Shown: positions 51,952-64,000 of the stretch, one piece after another
Layout of the letters: each line of letters begins with the position of its first letter
Position numbering within the stretch: position 1 is the stretch's first letter
From: Raillietiella orientalis
Taxonomy: Eukaryota
Direction: 5' to 3'
DNA: 64,000 nt
NCBI GenBank assembly: GCA_036172245.1
Contig: JAYWIR010000028.1
Span: forward strand, 1,488,001 to 1,552,000
Notes under the pieces: model-generated
What the model was told of the DNA's origin: nothing
Databases searched by the model: none
Seen by the model: only the letters and a program-made list of their open reading frames with translations
Made by a program: the position numbers and the translations under genes

Positions 51952-54141
51952 ATGGTAGTGACACAATCGAAAGGATGATAGCCAATTTGCCTCCTAAACG
52001 GATCTCTCGCAAGATCTTGCCAAATGCTTCACCTGTCAAAAAATTGTTAACCACTAGGGAAAGCAGTAAGGTGTCCCGAAGTGTTCCACTTACAAACTTA
52101 CTGCATGAATATCAAGCTGCAAATAAAAGAGATCCACCCATCCGTGTCATCATAAGAAAAGGCAAAGTGTTTACTGAGAATCAGTTGCTTAAAGGCAAAT
52201 GCAAGGTACTTTCTCCTATTACTGAAATTTCAGACAATCAGTCCTCACAAGATCATACCATGAAAGCTTTAACTGGATCAGAATCAGCCAGATCGAATTT
52301 ATCTGTGGCAAACCCAAACAAAACTAGTGAACAAAACTCTCTCAGAAAAAGAAAAAGTGATTCAATTGTTGTGCAAAGTTCAGTGGTCCCCTCCAAAAAA
52401 CCGAAAAATACGTGTTTGCCAGATGCTCTCAACACAAGTAGCTTATCATTTGACCACAAAGTGATTGTTGAAGAGCATATTAAGAAAGGCAACTTGCATT
52501 GTGATAAGGAAAAAAATCCTGAGAGCTTGAATCACCAGTGTGTTACTTGTCAAAGAGATTTCGATTGTTTAGTACAATTCTTGAAGCATAAAGAATCATG
52601 CACAAGCACTAGATCTCTGTTGATTGAAAGAGAAAGTTCGTGCAAAGAAGGCTTATTAAGTAACGTTGTGCAAAAAAATCTATCTCAGAAAGTGAGCGTA
52701 ACTGAGAGCAGCACTCGTGTTTCTGGTTTGGGTAATAGTAATGCAAAGCCAGAGGAAACTCAACAAAAACCACCAAAGAAGAACACTCGCAGACTGCCTT
52801 CATCTTTAGCGTGTTATCGGAGACACAAAAAAAAAAGGGGGAAGATGGTCGTTCGAAACAAAATACAGAATCAGAAAGAAGTTAAATCTCCAAAAACTAA
52901 AGTGTCTTCAGAAGTGACACTCCACTCCAACAATATGGAAGACCTTCCTACCAAAGAAACCTTGTTAAACACACAAAGCAATCCTCCTGCCAATTCCGTC
53001 TTTCAGAAAGTGTGTCCCACTTGTAAGAGAAGATTTGCTTATTGGGCTAATTTGAGAAAACATATTGCATCATGTAATCCAGATATGGAAATGAAAGATG
53101 AGTCACGTGACTCAGATTCAGCAAAAAGAGAATTTATTGATGTTACTGTGGATGCAGCTTCTGATGCTTTTCCATTTGATACAAATGAGAAATGCAGAAA
53201 CTCTAGTGCAGGTGATGAAATGTGTGCCCCTGTGAAGAGAGACATCAAAGATGATCTGGCATTCATTGTGAAGACTCAGCAGCATCTGACATTTGTTAGC
53301 CAAAAATTAAAAGATAAAGCAAGAAAGCTAGAAACTGGCAATATGCGTGAAGATCTAGAAAGCGTCATTGCTGAATTAGATAGAATTCAGTGTGATGACA
53401 AGTGGAACAACACTGTATCCTTGATGCAACAGCTGTTAAAGAATCATCTTAATACATCAGAATTTAATACAAAGTTTGTGGAAGAGGACGAAACTTCAAA
53501 TCTAACCAATGAGCATTGTGGGATGTTACCACCATCTTCTGCAGTTAGGTACCCTCAAAATTTCTGGCAAGGACCGTGGTTGGAAGAGGAGGAATTCTCT
53601 TGCGAACTTTCTTCATGGTTGCTTCGAAATTTATCAGATTTTAAGAATAGGGTGCATCACATAATACATAACATTTTGGAGAACCAGCAGTTGACAACGA
53701 ATTTTGAAGGAAGACCCACCACTCACCACTTGTCAACCATGTTGAGCTCATCCACGAAGTTACCTCCTACTTTGCAATGTTTGAGTGATAAATCAGTTAT
53801 GGATTTAACAAAAGCAGGACTAAACATCCTACTGAACTCCATTAATCGTGCTGTGCAAGTTGCATTAGATAGACAACCAAAAGATACTAGTGTCACTGAA
53901 TGCCTAGAACCTAAGTGGGAGCATGATTGCAGTAAGCAGTGTCCACATTCTCCTGTTCAGCATGATGACGTAAAATCGGATACTTTGCATCGAAAATTAG
54001 CCACCGTATCTGCTACCACAAATGCATGTAGACATTCAAGCACATCATCTAGCAGTAATTCTGTGCAGCCTGTTGAATGGACAGGATCAGCATCATTGGA
54101 AAATTCGGCCTCTGCATACCAGAATATCAAACAGTGCCAAG
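51952..54141 (+). CDS. Zinc-finger gene coding exon 2
   Basis: 85-nt intron 51867-51951 (GT...T-run CCAG). G|AT joins in frame to ORF 51876 (DGSDTIERM..). C2HC fingers HQCVTC..KHKESC and KVCPTC..KHIASC. Ends at donor CAAG|GTAAGC (phase 1). Confidence 0.93.
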
Positions 54142-55228
54142 GTAAGCGTGTTAACTAAGGTTTCTGGCTGTAATTTGAGATTTTCCTTTGCATTCCTGAA
54201 GGATTTAAGGTCTGGTGAGGTTTCATTCTCTGTATTCAAGCATGTGTGTTGCTTTGATGAATGGGCTTTGTATGCAATATGTGTGCATGTTGCTTTCCTC
54301 ATAATTGTGTGTCTGATTTGTGTGGACCCCAGAGTTTTGCTTTCTTTACTCCACTTTGTATTTTAATGTGCAGATTGATCAGAGGCAAACAAACATCTGC
54401 AGACTTATGCCTTGAAGAGGAAAGGACATTTACCACTTGCGATTTTTCCATCTACCACTTATGAGTCTTGTCCATAGTCTGGAATCAAAAACCAACTGTC
54501 ATCTTGAGCTGAATTGGGTCTATAGAAATCATTGGAACCTTAAAGAACTTGGATTGAAAGCATTCAAGAACGAATAAACTGAATTATATCACTTAGGATA
54601 TTTAGTAATAAAGATGAAGAGAGAACCAAGTGCTCTGATGCACCCATCTCCATTGCCATGTATGGATTTCTAGACATCTCTAACTGTGTCTTTGTCTCAA
54701 GAAATTACACTACACCACAGTGCCCATTAGAAGTCAGATGTGTAAATACATTTTGACAAATCAAAGGATGTGTGTTACATGCTCACTGAATATTGCCAAA
54801 AATAATTGTGAAATCCCAAGCTGGTCTCTCTCATTTGCTTAACTTGCTGTTTCAAGAAAGTATTAGCTTGAGTGAAAGTATTCTTTGCTTTATGTGACTG
54901 TGATTAGTGAAATTAAGCATGCAATTGAAGCTAATCAGTGCTTCAGAGATTTTAGAAATGCTGAAGGATTATTGAATTTATAAGTTTGAAGCTATCAAAT
55001 CATGTTATGAATAGTTTGGAACATTTATTGAATTGAGCTGTAGGGAGGTGGTGGTGTCACAAGGGCAGAACATGCTCTAGTCATTTCTAGATAAAAAGAA
55101 TTATCATTCTTTTTCAAACATGCAGTGTTTACACTATGCTTGAGTGATGTAGCTTATTGTTTTGTAAATTATTTGTCGATATTTGGCAAGATACTGGTAC
55201 AACTGGATTTGTTATTTTGTGATTACAG

Positions 55229-55367
55229 ATGCATTGGGGGTCAGATACCCCACTTGTGCAGATGACAAGCACTTCCAAACAAAAATTAGTTCTTTCAGTA
55301 ACTTTGGGGAGCTCTTTGAATCAAATGCTCCCAAAAGACATAAGCAGCAGCATGCAACAAATCCCAG
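55229..55367 (+). CDS. Zinc-finger gene coding exon 3
   Basis: Acceptor TTACAG at 55228; phase 1 continues as DALGVRYPTC...KRHKQQHATNP. Donor CAG|GTGAGA (phase 2). Confidence 0.8.
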
Positions 55368-55420
55368 GTGAGATGGCTATGAAGAAAAACAAGACTTTTT
55401 TTTTGCAGGTTTGCTTCCAG

Positions 55421-55510
55421 CACTTGGCTGACCCAAATGGGTTCCTTGTTATTCAGTTCTCTGCATGGTGTATCTTTGAATGTGTTTCTGCAAACTAACT
55501 CTGATAACAG
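55421..55510 (+). CDS. Probable small frame-preserving exon (alternative acceptor at 55408 gives 55409-55510)
   Basis: Tandem acceptors TTTTGCAG (55408) and CTTCCAG (55420), 12 nt apart. Open in phase 2 (..STWLTQMGSLLFSSLHGVSLNVFLQTNSDN). Donor CAG|GTATGC at 55511 is also phase 2. Confidence 0.55.
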
Positions 55511-55688
55511 GTATGCAACTTAAGGAATGGTTCATATATACTACTAGTGCAAAAGCTGAAGATGTATCATATATAAGGAAATTTTTTTAGAAAATAGTAT
55601 GTGAAGGGGTTGTTTAAATGGCTATCTGGGAAGTGTGAAAAAAATATGTCTCTTGATCGAGATGCTAACGTCTCTCTTATTCGTACAG

Positions 55689-56018
55689 GACAGTTGTATC
55701 AAAAGCTCATAAAAATATTTTGAAATTGGAAGCAGCAAAGATGGATACCATAACGGATACAGAGAAAGAGTCATTGCCTATTCAAAAAGCAACTAACAGA
55801 TGTTGTCTTTGTACTTCTATCCTGCCAAAGCAAGATTTAGAGCAGCATGTTGCCTTATGTCATCTAGCTCACACTGTTTCATGCCACAGTTTGCCATTTC
55901 CAAAAATGGATTGTGTTTCTGAGGAGGTGTGCAAGCGTTCCTTCTCAACATCGGCACTGTGCTTAAAATCACTTATCAACAAGGTGGGCTTGCAACAGCA
56001 TGTGTGTAAATCTCACAG
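55689..56018 (+). CDS. Zinc-finger gene coding exon
   Basis: Acceptor GTACAG at 55688; AG|G continues RTVVSKAHKNILKLEAAK in frame with ORF 55720. Contains a CCLC..QHVALCH finger-like motif. Donor CAG|GTAAAT (phase 2). Confidence 0.82.
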
Positions 56019-56066
56019 GTAAATCATTCAAGCCAGCATATGGATGTTCTTGTTCCTTGGTTTCAG

Positions 56067-56541
56067 AGATTGGGGTGCACATTGGTCAGGAGTTGATTCT
56101 CATTTACAGCTGATTCCTAACCTCACCCAGCATTCTGTTGTGCCATCTATTTGCCATAGTGAAGAAAAAAAAGTTGCCTCTGGACAGGCGACGCAATCTT
56201 GCCAGCAGATTGCAAAATCCAGGAGTAACCTAGCAAGGAACAAAGTATCCATGGTTATTCTCGAAAGTTTGATGCAGATTCAGGAACTGGCTTCTTTTCT
56301 TTGCATTCAAATAGCTCAGGACATGTATGCTCAGCATGTGGAACAAGCAGCAACCATGCTGGCTACCCATCAGCAAATTCAGCTCACCCAAAATAATTTA
56401 CAGCGAATTGGGTCTTTATGCAGAACGGTTGAATTGTTATGTAATCCTGGCAGTGCTCCTACATATGATCATGCTGCATCCTCTGACAATAATGCTGAAG
56501 TGCGAGAAGTGCTTCAAGAGATTTTGGAAGGTTTCACTTGA
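56067..56541 (+). CDS. Zinc-finger gene terminal coding exon
   Basis: 48-nt intron 56019-56066 ending TTTCAG. AG|A gives R-DWGAHW in frame with ORF 56044. Stop TGA at 56539-56541. Q/L-rich, probably helical tail. Confidence 0.8.
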
Positions 56542-56762
56542 ATTGTTTTTGTTTTTATAACTCCTCGAACTGACTGATACATATCCTAGTCTTTTCCTGA
56601 TATGCAGTTATTGTTAACGCAAATTATACAGACTCTGTGTGTTCATGCCAAGCTGTGATAATCAAGTTTCCCAACAATTTACTGATATACTGCACATCTT
56701 CCCACTGCAGATATTCGGTGTCTGTTTTGCTCATATGACAGTTTATAAATAGTGTCCATTGC

Positions 56763-56768
56763 AATAAA
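56763..56768 (+). promoter_or_regulatory. Polyadenylation signal AATAAA
   Basis: Canonical hexamer ~220 nt after the stop codon, in AT-rich 3' UTR-like DNA. Confidence 0.55.
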
Positions 56769-59189
56769 TGAAATAGATTAATATTTCTTATAATTAAGCC
56801 TCTGTTACTAATCAGATTTATTTCAGTCAGATGATAGGATTCCATTAAGCACGGTTTTCGTTCACATACAAATGGCAGCTGTCAATGTGCCAATAGTGTG
56901 CATACATATGTGCCTAGGTAAATCATATCTGACTATCGAAAGCATCGGTCAGAATTCAGAACTTTAGAATTGGGTGTTTTCATGGTTTCTTGTAACAAAC
57001 TCGTGTGAATTTTTCACAGTAGGACTTTTTCGCACGAATCGGAGCTTTTTCCTTTCACTTTGCGTTTATTTATGTGTTTCCTGCTTATTAGTTCCGGAGA
57101 CTCTGAAGAACTTTTGCTTTCGGTTTGCAGTTTTTCGAGTCGAGCCTTGTTCGGCTTTGATTCGAACCTCTGCACGAGTATGTGGCAAATTAGCGAAGGT
57201 CTGTCTGTGGTGTGTGGTGAACAGCCTTAAGCACCTCACTCAAAATTCTCAATGCTCAGAATGCATGTTGGGTGTACTTAGACGTAGCCGTCTCAAATAA
57301 GAGGAGACGGTTTCTGGTGTGCTTTGCCAATTAAGGTTCGTTTGGAATTCCTTATTCTTGCCTGTGTGGGTTTGCGTCAGCGGTATATGTGATTTGCTTT
57401 GGAATGCCAACCGCGAAGCATCCACTTGGTTTTTTTTCTTCTACCCGCCCTCTCATGCACATTCTGCAGGTTGCCTCATCAACCTCGCTGCTCTTTAGCT
57501 CTGTTCGCCTTCGAGATTTCTGTTGGCGATGCAGCCAAAGAGTTTGCTTTTGAAACGTGTTCCGTTTAGGTCGGGGATTTATGACAAAGTTCTTACGAGT
57601 AGCTCCGATTGAGAGAGAGAGAGAAAAAAAAGAACCTGTCGCTGCTTCCCAAGTGGAAACAAATTGGCATCGGAAACTCTACAAGAATGTTCCAAACATT
57701 AGTTGTGCCGTTCTGTGGAGTTTCCAAAGTGTGTGAAAGCAATTTGATTCGGCTTGAACGTGGAATTCACTAAACTTAACCCGATCTGTTGGAAGCCTTT
57801 TTTCTTTTTTCTTGGGGGGGTATGGGATAACGATACCCGTGTTGATATGTAATACTTCACGACTTGAAACGTACAGTCTTCGTGGGCGGAATTTGCCACC
57901 CTTAAAAGTGTTCGACCCAGGTCAAGCGATTTGTTGTAGCCGGAAACGAAGGACAGATCGAAAGATGTTCGACGTCTCCTCATAAAAATCAACCACCAGA
58001 GAGATTATTTTGCGGAGGCCGGAACCGATCTTTGAGGTGGGGATGTCAACCGAAGCGACGGACGAATGCTGAGGAAAAGTGGAAGTTCTTCCACGGGTTT
58101 GAGAGCTGGGCGTGATTTCTCATTCGGGCTTTTCTTCTCTTCCTGGGTGGCACGTCGGGATTTACTGTGTTGCAGCAGCTGTATGCAATTCTCCAGTCTT
58201 GGCTCCTGAAGCCGCCTCTTCTCGCGAAGAAACCATCCCTGAACCACGCTTTCCGTACTACAAACTGTTCGACAAGAAATAATTTAACTTTAATGGCGAC
58301 GGATTTTCTATGCTGCTTCCTTTGCCCTTTTTCTTTTATTGCATGTTTTATGGGAATGAATTGCATCGTAAGCATCAAAAAAAATGTGATAATAAGAACG
58401 TCGACGATTCGGGTGCACATGTGAGCTTTCATATCGCAGAAGGTCTACCCTCCTTCCCGGCTATTTTCCACATATGCATTTTTCCAGCAGTGCTCCTGTT
58501 TACTTGATGTGATTTTCGTCTTCCTTCCTTCTCTTTGGCTCTTTCCTTCGTTTGGACACGTCGTGCAGCCACGTTTTACGGTCACCTTTGCAGCCACAGC
58601 ATCCGGACACCGTTCCAGGTCGTTCGGCATCAGGTACATAACACACGCGTTGTTTTTTTCTCCCCCTTAAAGCTGCGTCGAGCGTCATGAATTAATTAAA
58701 CAGCACGAGCAGCCCTGCTGTTTTCGTCCCGTCCTCCCCAGGACGGACCAAAGCAAACAGACTTCACGCAGAACTTCCTCCTCGCTAACCGATGTGTCAG
58801 CACAGTTTCGGAAGCGAGCGCTCGGCACTGCTGTGGTAATTGGGAAAACGCTAATGAGTCGTCGCCATGGCATTTCTGGAGATGAGAAACCGGCCTGCCA
58901 GACATACCTGAACGCAGTATCAGTCGACTAGATATTCCCTAGGCTCAGTGTGGTTGCCCGCGTCTTCCCACGAATCGGGCAGAGGTTTCCCGTGGATCCT
59001 TACTCCGAGCCACATCTCCAAGTCGTGATTCACTGAACTTGCAGGTGAGCCAAGTAGGAATTGCTCTGGCTCATTAGTGTTCCACTTTAGAGATCTGCTT
59101 TGATCGTGAGACTTCCCGACGAACCTTCCGCTTGCTGCGTTTTGACATTCCTGTAAGCAATCGAGATTTTTGCGCTGATATCAACGCCT

Positions 59190-59720
59190 ACTCGTCAATC
59201 GGCCCCAGGGTCTGGTTCTCACGCTGGGCGAGCGAGTGTGCGGTCGAACCCAGTGGATGTGGGGGCACGCGCGCATGTATAGCCACATTGAAATCAGAGT
59301 AGATTAGTAACGAGTGATACCGAAGGACACACCTTCGTGGGAACCTCGGACTAAATTGCTTATGGATGCCTGGAACGCACCTGGAAACGAAGGGCGTCAA
59401 TTTGTTGAGTCAACCGGAACAGTGGCTTGCGCCACCGGAGCCAGCGAGGCTTCCGATCCCTCGGAGGGTAATTTGAATTTCTATGAGGACCCCAGGAGAG
59501 AATGGATCGTAAGAGGGCACTCTGGAGAATTCGAGTTTCTGGTGAAATGCCAGAAGAATAGCCCAGTAGACGGGAAAGCTCCCCGAGATTTAGACGAGGG
59601 AAGTTCGATGTAGCAGGAAAGAGAGAGTCTTTGACGTGGGAGCGTCGGTATGAAAGAGTTTTTGCGATCGCGATTTGAAGTCCTTGCAGAACACCATCGG
59701 CAGCGCCGGGAGGAGTGGCG
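59190..59720 (-). mobile_element. Decayed L2/CR1-like LINE APE endonuclease fragment
   Basis: SARTSN...LSLSCYIEL...GLFFWHFTR, then VSR..P...F...YHSLLIYSDFNV, resembling NARS...ITETW...GYxFxHxxR...YRPP...LIIxGDFN. Confidence 0.6.
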
Positions 59721-60309
59721 GATTGCTTTTGAAAACTGAAGACTGTTCAGCTTTGGAACTGCCATCTCGTTGATTTGGTCCTTTAGTTTGAGGGGGGGGG
59801 GGGGGAAGAGGGTCTTCTAGTTTCTTTCCTCTGTTCATTTGCTGCTCGGTCGTGGACGGATGTTACTCGATTACTACTAGGTGGAGATTTTTCTCTCTCA
59901 AAATTCTTTTGCCGTCCTCCTCCGTGTCTTCCTGCCGTCTGAATTTCGTCTTAGACCACGTAACTGCGATCTGCTAAAGCGAGCTCCTGCCTGAGAGCTT
60001 TCCCTCCATCCAGGAAGAGAAGAATAAAGCTTTGGGGACTGCGGTTCTGGGACGGTGACAGCTTTCTGGTGAGCTTGCAAGCGTTCTCTCATCGTCCTCT
60101 TTTTCATCTTCGCACACCATCCTGCGAGCACAGCGGATGTACGAAACACGGTTCGTCTCTTGTCTTGGCTTTGTGGATTCGCTGGATATTTGGGGACAAA
60201 GTCCTTGTTGTTGACCGCAAGTGGTTTCTATGGTTGAAAGAGAACACCCGATTTCAAGTTTTTTTTCCTTTTTGTCCTCGGAAATCATCGCTTTTTCCTC
60301 TGATTGGGT

Positions 60310-61460
60310 ACTTTGAGCAGTCCGATGCAATTTTTCAGGATTCGAGTAAATTTCAAGTTTAAACACGACCTTGTTGAAAGCACCATGGCGGATTTGAAAA
60401 ACCTCGCAAATTTTTCTTTCCCTGTCGAGGCTTCCTCCATTTGTTCTCCCAGACTCTCTGTTTGTTGGACGCCGTTCGCATTCCTCCCGGGGGAGAATCC
60501 AGACGGAATTGGGATTCGAGTTGGGGATGGATGGGAGCAGGTTTCCAGGAAGACAATTGGGTCTCTCCTTCTTCGCCGTCCTCTGCTCGCCCTTGCGTTG
60601 GCTGGAAGGGGGATGTGCTCCCGTCAGCGAGGCTCAGTTCAGGACGAAAGTATCTGTCCCTATCAGAAGGACGATCCTGCAACGCGCGGATCCATACCCG
60701 AAAAGTCAATGGCCGGAGAGGCTGTAGCTGCCCTCTCTATGTGAGAGGCAGTCTTGATTAACATAAGGCTCCTTTCTTCCTCTTCCTCCTTCCGTTTGCT
60801 TCTTTCTTCCCTTCAAGCCGTACCAGAGCAGAGAATGCAGCTTTGCTTCCCTGGGAAACGAGCGCTTACAGACTGTCGAGGTGCTGCCCAGAGGCACGCA
60901 TGTGCCTGGTCAGTGGGTCAGCTTACTCTTGAAGCCTCACCCGAGGACTGTGAATGCTGCAAGAGCATCATTCACACCCAGCCAAAAATAACTCGGCGTG
61001 TCGAAAGCATGATCTGTTCTGCCAAGAGCACGCACTCGCTGCGCGCGTGGACCACGGATTCAGATCGCCATGTTCCCTTGCAAGATGGCGCTCGCGATGG
61101 TTGACCAGCTTCGGCCACAGAAAGTGTTCTTGAGTGCCACCACCGTCATCACCTTGTGAGGGGAGCGGCTTCACACCTTCCTTCTGCCACGAAGCTGCAT
61201 CAGCACTCCTGTATTTCATTCGGTCCGCTGCACTTTCGCTCCTGCTCGTGCATGGTTTCCGAAAAAACAAAAAGGCTCCATCTTCCCCCCCCATCCTCGC
61301 CCTTGCTGAATCTGGAAAGTGGACCACCACCTCTGATGATAATGCAAGAACGAGCTTTTTGGAAAAGTTTGCTCTGATAGCTCCTCCAGTGCATGGGGTG
61401 GTGGTTTGCGAAAATGCAAAGGGTTTCAGAGACCAAGAGTTTGGACTCATAGAGGTCAAC
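60310..61460 (+). mobile_element. Decayed gypsy pol (connection, RNase H, integrase)
   Basis: In order across frames: NFKF...LKNL..FSFPVEAS...LLALALA; ...W......DCECCK; FLEK...VVVCENAKGFRDQEF (IVSDNGxQFxSxEF). Confidence 0.55.
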
Positions 61461-62231
61461 CAAACAACTCTGGTGTTTCTGGATCTTCCGGCTCGCTTTA
61501 CAGAGAGAGAGAGAGAGAGAGAGAAAAAAAAGTCCTAAACCTTGGAATGAAAATCATACGAATAATTGTGCCGTGCGTTTTTTAAAGCCATGCTTTTTGT
61601 TACTTTATGATTGGTGAGCCGCTACCGCAGTAGAGTCATTGGAAGAAGATCTTTCCTTTCTCTCATTCCTCAAGGCGATATCTGTTAAAGTCTTGGGTGA
61701 TGAAGATCGATGGCTAGAAGGTTTCCAATTTAATTTAATAGTATAGGTAGTCATCTCACCTTCTGGACAAGGAAAGCACATTATAGATATGCTTTCTTGC
61801 TCAAAGAATAGAGAAGGCGGCTCTGTTTTGCCAACATGGTTGGGGGGGAGTCTTCATTAGGTAGAGGATTTTTCTGCCTTCGTGATCCAATACTCTAATG
61901 ACTGGCCGCTGCTTCGGATATTCTGTGTCATCGGTAAACAAGACTAATATATGCTGCTCTGCCACCTCTTTACTTCAAGGTTACTCTTCAAGGTTTGATC
62001 CTGCATGCCTTGAATTCTTTTCATGCGATTTATTACAAGAGAAACAACAAGAGTTTTGTGGATGTTTGCATAAGACATTCATTTGGAAGAATTGATGCCC
62101 TCCATCACTTCCTACGTCGTGTTTTGTCGTCTACACCCTTCCCCGTGGAGACTGCCTGGACCAATGAGGCTGCTTCCGTGCGTCTCTGTTGAAAAATTTC
62201 TCCCAGGACGGTTTCCTGCATCGCAATCGAG

Positions 62232-62265
<34 letters not shown>

Positions 62266-62619
62266 GAGATAAAGAAAGAGATGAAAAAATAAAAGGAAAC
62301 AGAGAACTTTGCTTCTGTCGCAGGGAGAAGCTCAGCTCCGATCCGCAGAGTGTGTTCGGGAACCGCTTCTCTTCCTTAAGGTCCGTGTTGTCCATATTTT
62401 TTCATCCTGGCTTGAGGATCCGCTTCCCTCTGGCACCTCGTGAGCGCTTCGTTCTTCTCTGGACCTTCAGGATCCTTCCGGAAACCGGAGAACTTCGAAA
62501 CACCGGTTTATTTGCTTCGCTCACAGCCAAAGTATCAATGAGATCAAGTGATCCCGTTGCCTGCGGGTGGCACTTGCATATGCAATTCCCCTGATTCAGC
62601 GTATCTGCGAGGAAGTTTT

Positions 62620-63535
62620 GCCCCTTTTCCTAGCAGCGTCTCCTCCGTTTTCAACAGTGCACCGTGCTGACTTCTCGGGTGCGAGCGAAATTTCAAGTGT
62701 GCACGGATCGTTGACCGAGGCGTCGATCTTGACTATTCGCTCCCCCCCACCGTGGGGCAAAGCATTCCTTCCGTGGCTGTTCGCGCCTTTTTTTTTCGCA
62801 ACCTGTGTTGCCTCGGCAACCTGCTCGAACTTCGAGCATCTCGCGCCTTCATCGCACCACGTCCGATCTCCCGCTTCTCTGAGCGTTCCAGAGTTTACTC
62901 TCCGGAAACTGTCCTTTCGCGTAACCGGTACTTCGACTGCACCAGGATGACTGCTGCCTTCACGTGAATCTTGGTCGCGATCGCCTTCCTTTTCTGGGAG
63001 CAGGCGTTCCTTGGTTTCATGGGTTTCCCTGTGTCTGCTTCGACCCTCGATGGCCAGCTGGTTCCGGTTTTCCTCCAGCGCGAATTCCGTTTGAGGCCAA
63101 CCATCGTGCACGCTTCCATCCGCATCTCCTTGAGACGGTGCTTTTCCGCGAAATCGCTGACCGGGGTCCTCAGTTCTGCCGCCCTCAGAAGAAGTTTGCG
63201 CTCGGGTCCCGCTCCACAAGAGCAGCATCCAAGTGTGCTCGCCCGTCGCGAGTATCTCCGACTTTGCTGTTTGGGCACCTCCTCGCTTGATAGAATTCTT
63301 GCGCCAGGTCACCAGCAATGCACAGATGTGCTGAGACTCCAGTACACCATTGCAGCACAAAAAAAAAGGGAAGGCTGGTCAACCTCGGAAGACCTGTGAT
63401 AGAAAGGGGTGGTTCGGCAACGAGGGAGGAGGGCAGCACTTCCGTGTTCCATTGGGAGAAGAGCCGAAGTGTCTCCCGGAGTGTGTTTTCCACACCTCCA
63501 CACGAGGGAGCAAAACCAAGGGAGGAGACGTGTAA
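62620..63535 (+). mobile_element. Decayed BEL/Pao integrase
   Basis: PFSTVHRADFSG...GKA...ATCVAS...SLSVPEF; FPVSASTLDG...SIRISLRRCFSAKSLT...LRSGP...ILAPGH. Collinear with PFxxxGVDFAGP..FTC..SLST..F; PPxAPHxGG..SVKxxL..LT..LNSRP..LTPGH. Confidence 0.65.
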
Positions 63536-64000
63536 GCCAGCGTCAAGCAAAAATCTCTTGACGCGGAGGAGGAGATCTCAGGCAGGCAACTTTCTGGCAG
63601 GATTGGGAGGCGGAATCCCTACAACGGGATCAAAAGCGCCAAGGTTTGGGATGGGCTCCGCGTCCCGGCTGGTAAGTGGAGGGAAGACGAGCCACTTGAA
63701 TGCTACGCCTTAGCAGTTCGGAACGTTGGAAATCTCTGCTGTGTGCGCAGAGCACTTATCTGAAGAGATGATTCGGAGAGATAGCGTTCGAGAAAGATTG
63801 ACTACGAAGATAGAGTTCATGCTCGTGCACGATAGCAAGGAGAAACCAATTATGGCTATCATTTTATTGGGTTCAGATTGAAATCTCAACTATCCCGTAA
63901 TGCGTTTTTTTTTTTTTTGAAGCCTCCGTTTCTTCCTTACCTGTTTTTTTTTTTTCTTTCTCCTCTGTGAGGGTGCTCCTCTCGATCTCTTGTGATTCTT

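Noticed and set aside
59314..59613. Chromodomain-like SWEP and FEFLVK on + strand
   Set aside because: The minus strand matches a LINE APE endonuclease (LIYSDFN) over the same interval.
62895..63278. Minus-strand ORF resembling a degenerate POU/homeodomain (RKAIATKIHV..V..K.R)
   Set aside because: Lacks WF-N, and the + strand fits BEL integrase motifs in order, so this is an antisense coincidence.

Overview
Eukaryotic (metazoan, probably arthropod) genomic DNA, not prokaryotic. The only well-supported gene is a large multi-exon zinc-finger gene on the + strand (CDS ~48980-56541, ~2000-2040 aa). It carries 7 C2H2 and 3 C2HC fingers, and all its GT-AG junctions join in frame. Its body is AT-rich and strongly CpG-depleted, whereas the flanks are GC- and CpG-rich. 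Positions ~1-38000 and ~59000-63500 hold many heavily decayed retroelement fragments (Ty3/gypsy, BEL/Pao, L1/Tx1, RTE, L2/CR1), recognised by eye from residual protein motifs only. These alternate with CpG-dense, motif-rich islands that look regulatory. Positions ~39000-48700 lack recognisable TE motifs and are packed with microsatellites and homopolymers. The most unusual structure is a pair of old inverted gypsy fragments 2.85 kb apart: a 303-bp core is ~99% identical while the homologous flanks are much more diverged, suggesting recent gene conversion or an invertible segment. No rRNA, tRNA or CRISPR array was found, and I cannot support a clearly new multi-gene system. Most of the short ORFs in the ORF track are artefacts of GC-rich or repetitive DNA.
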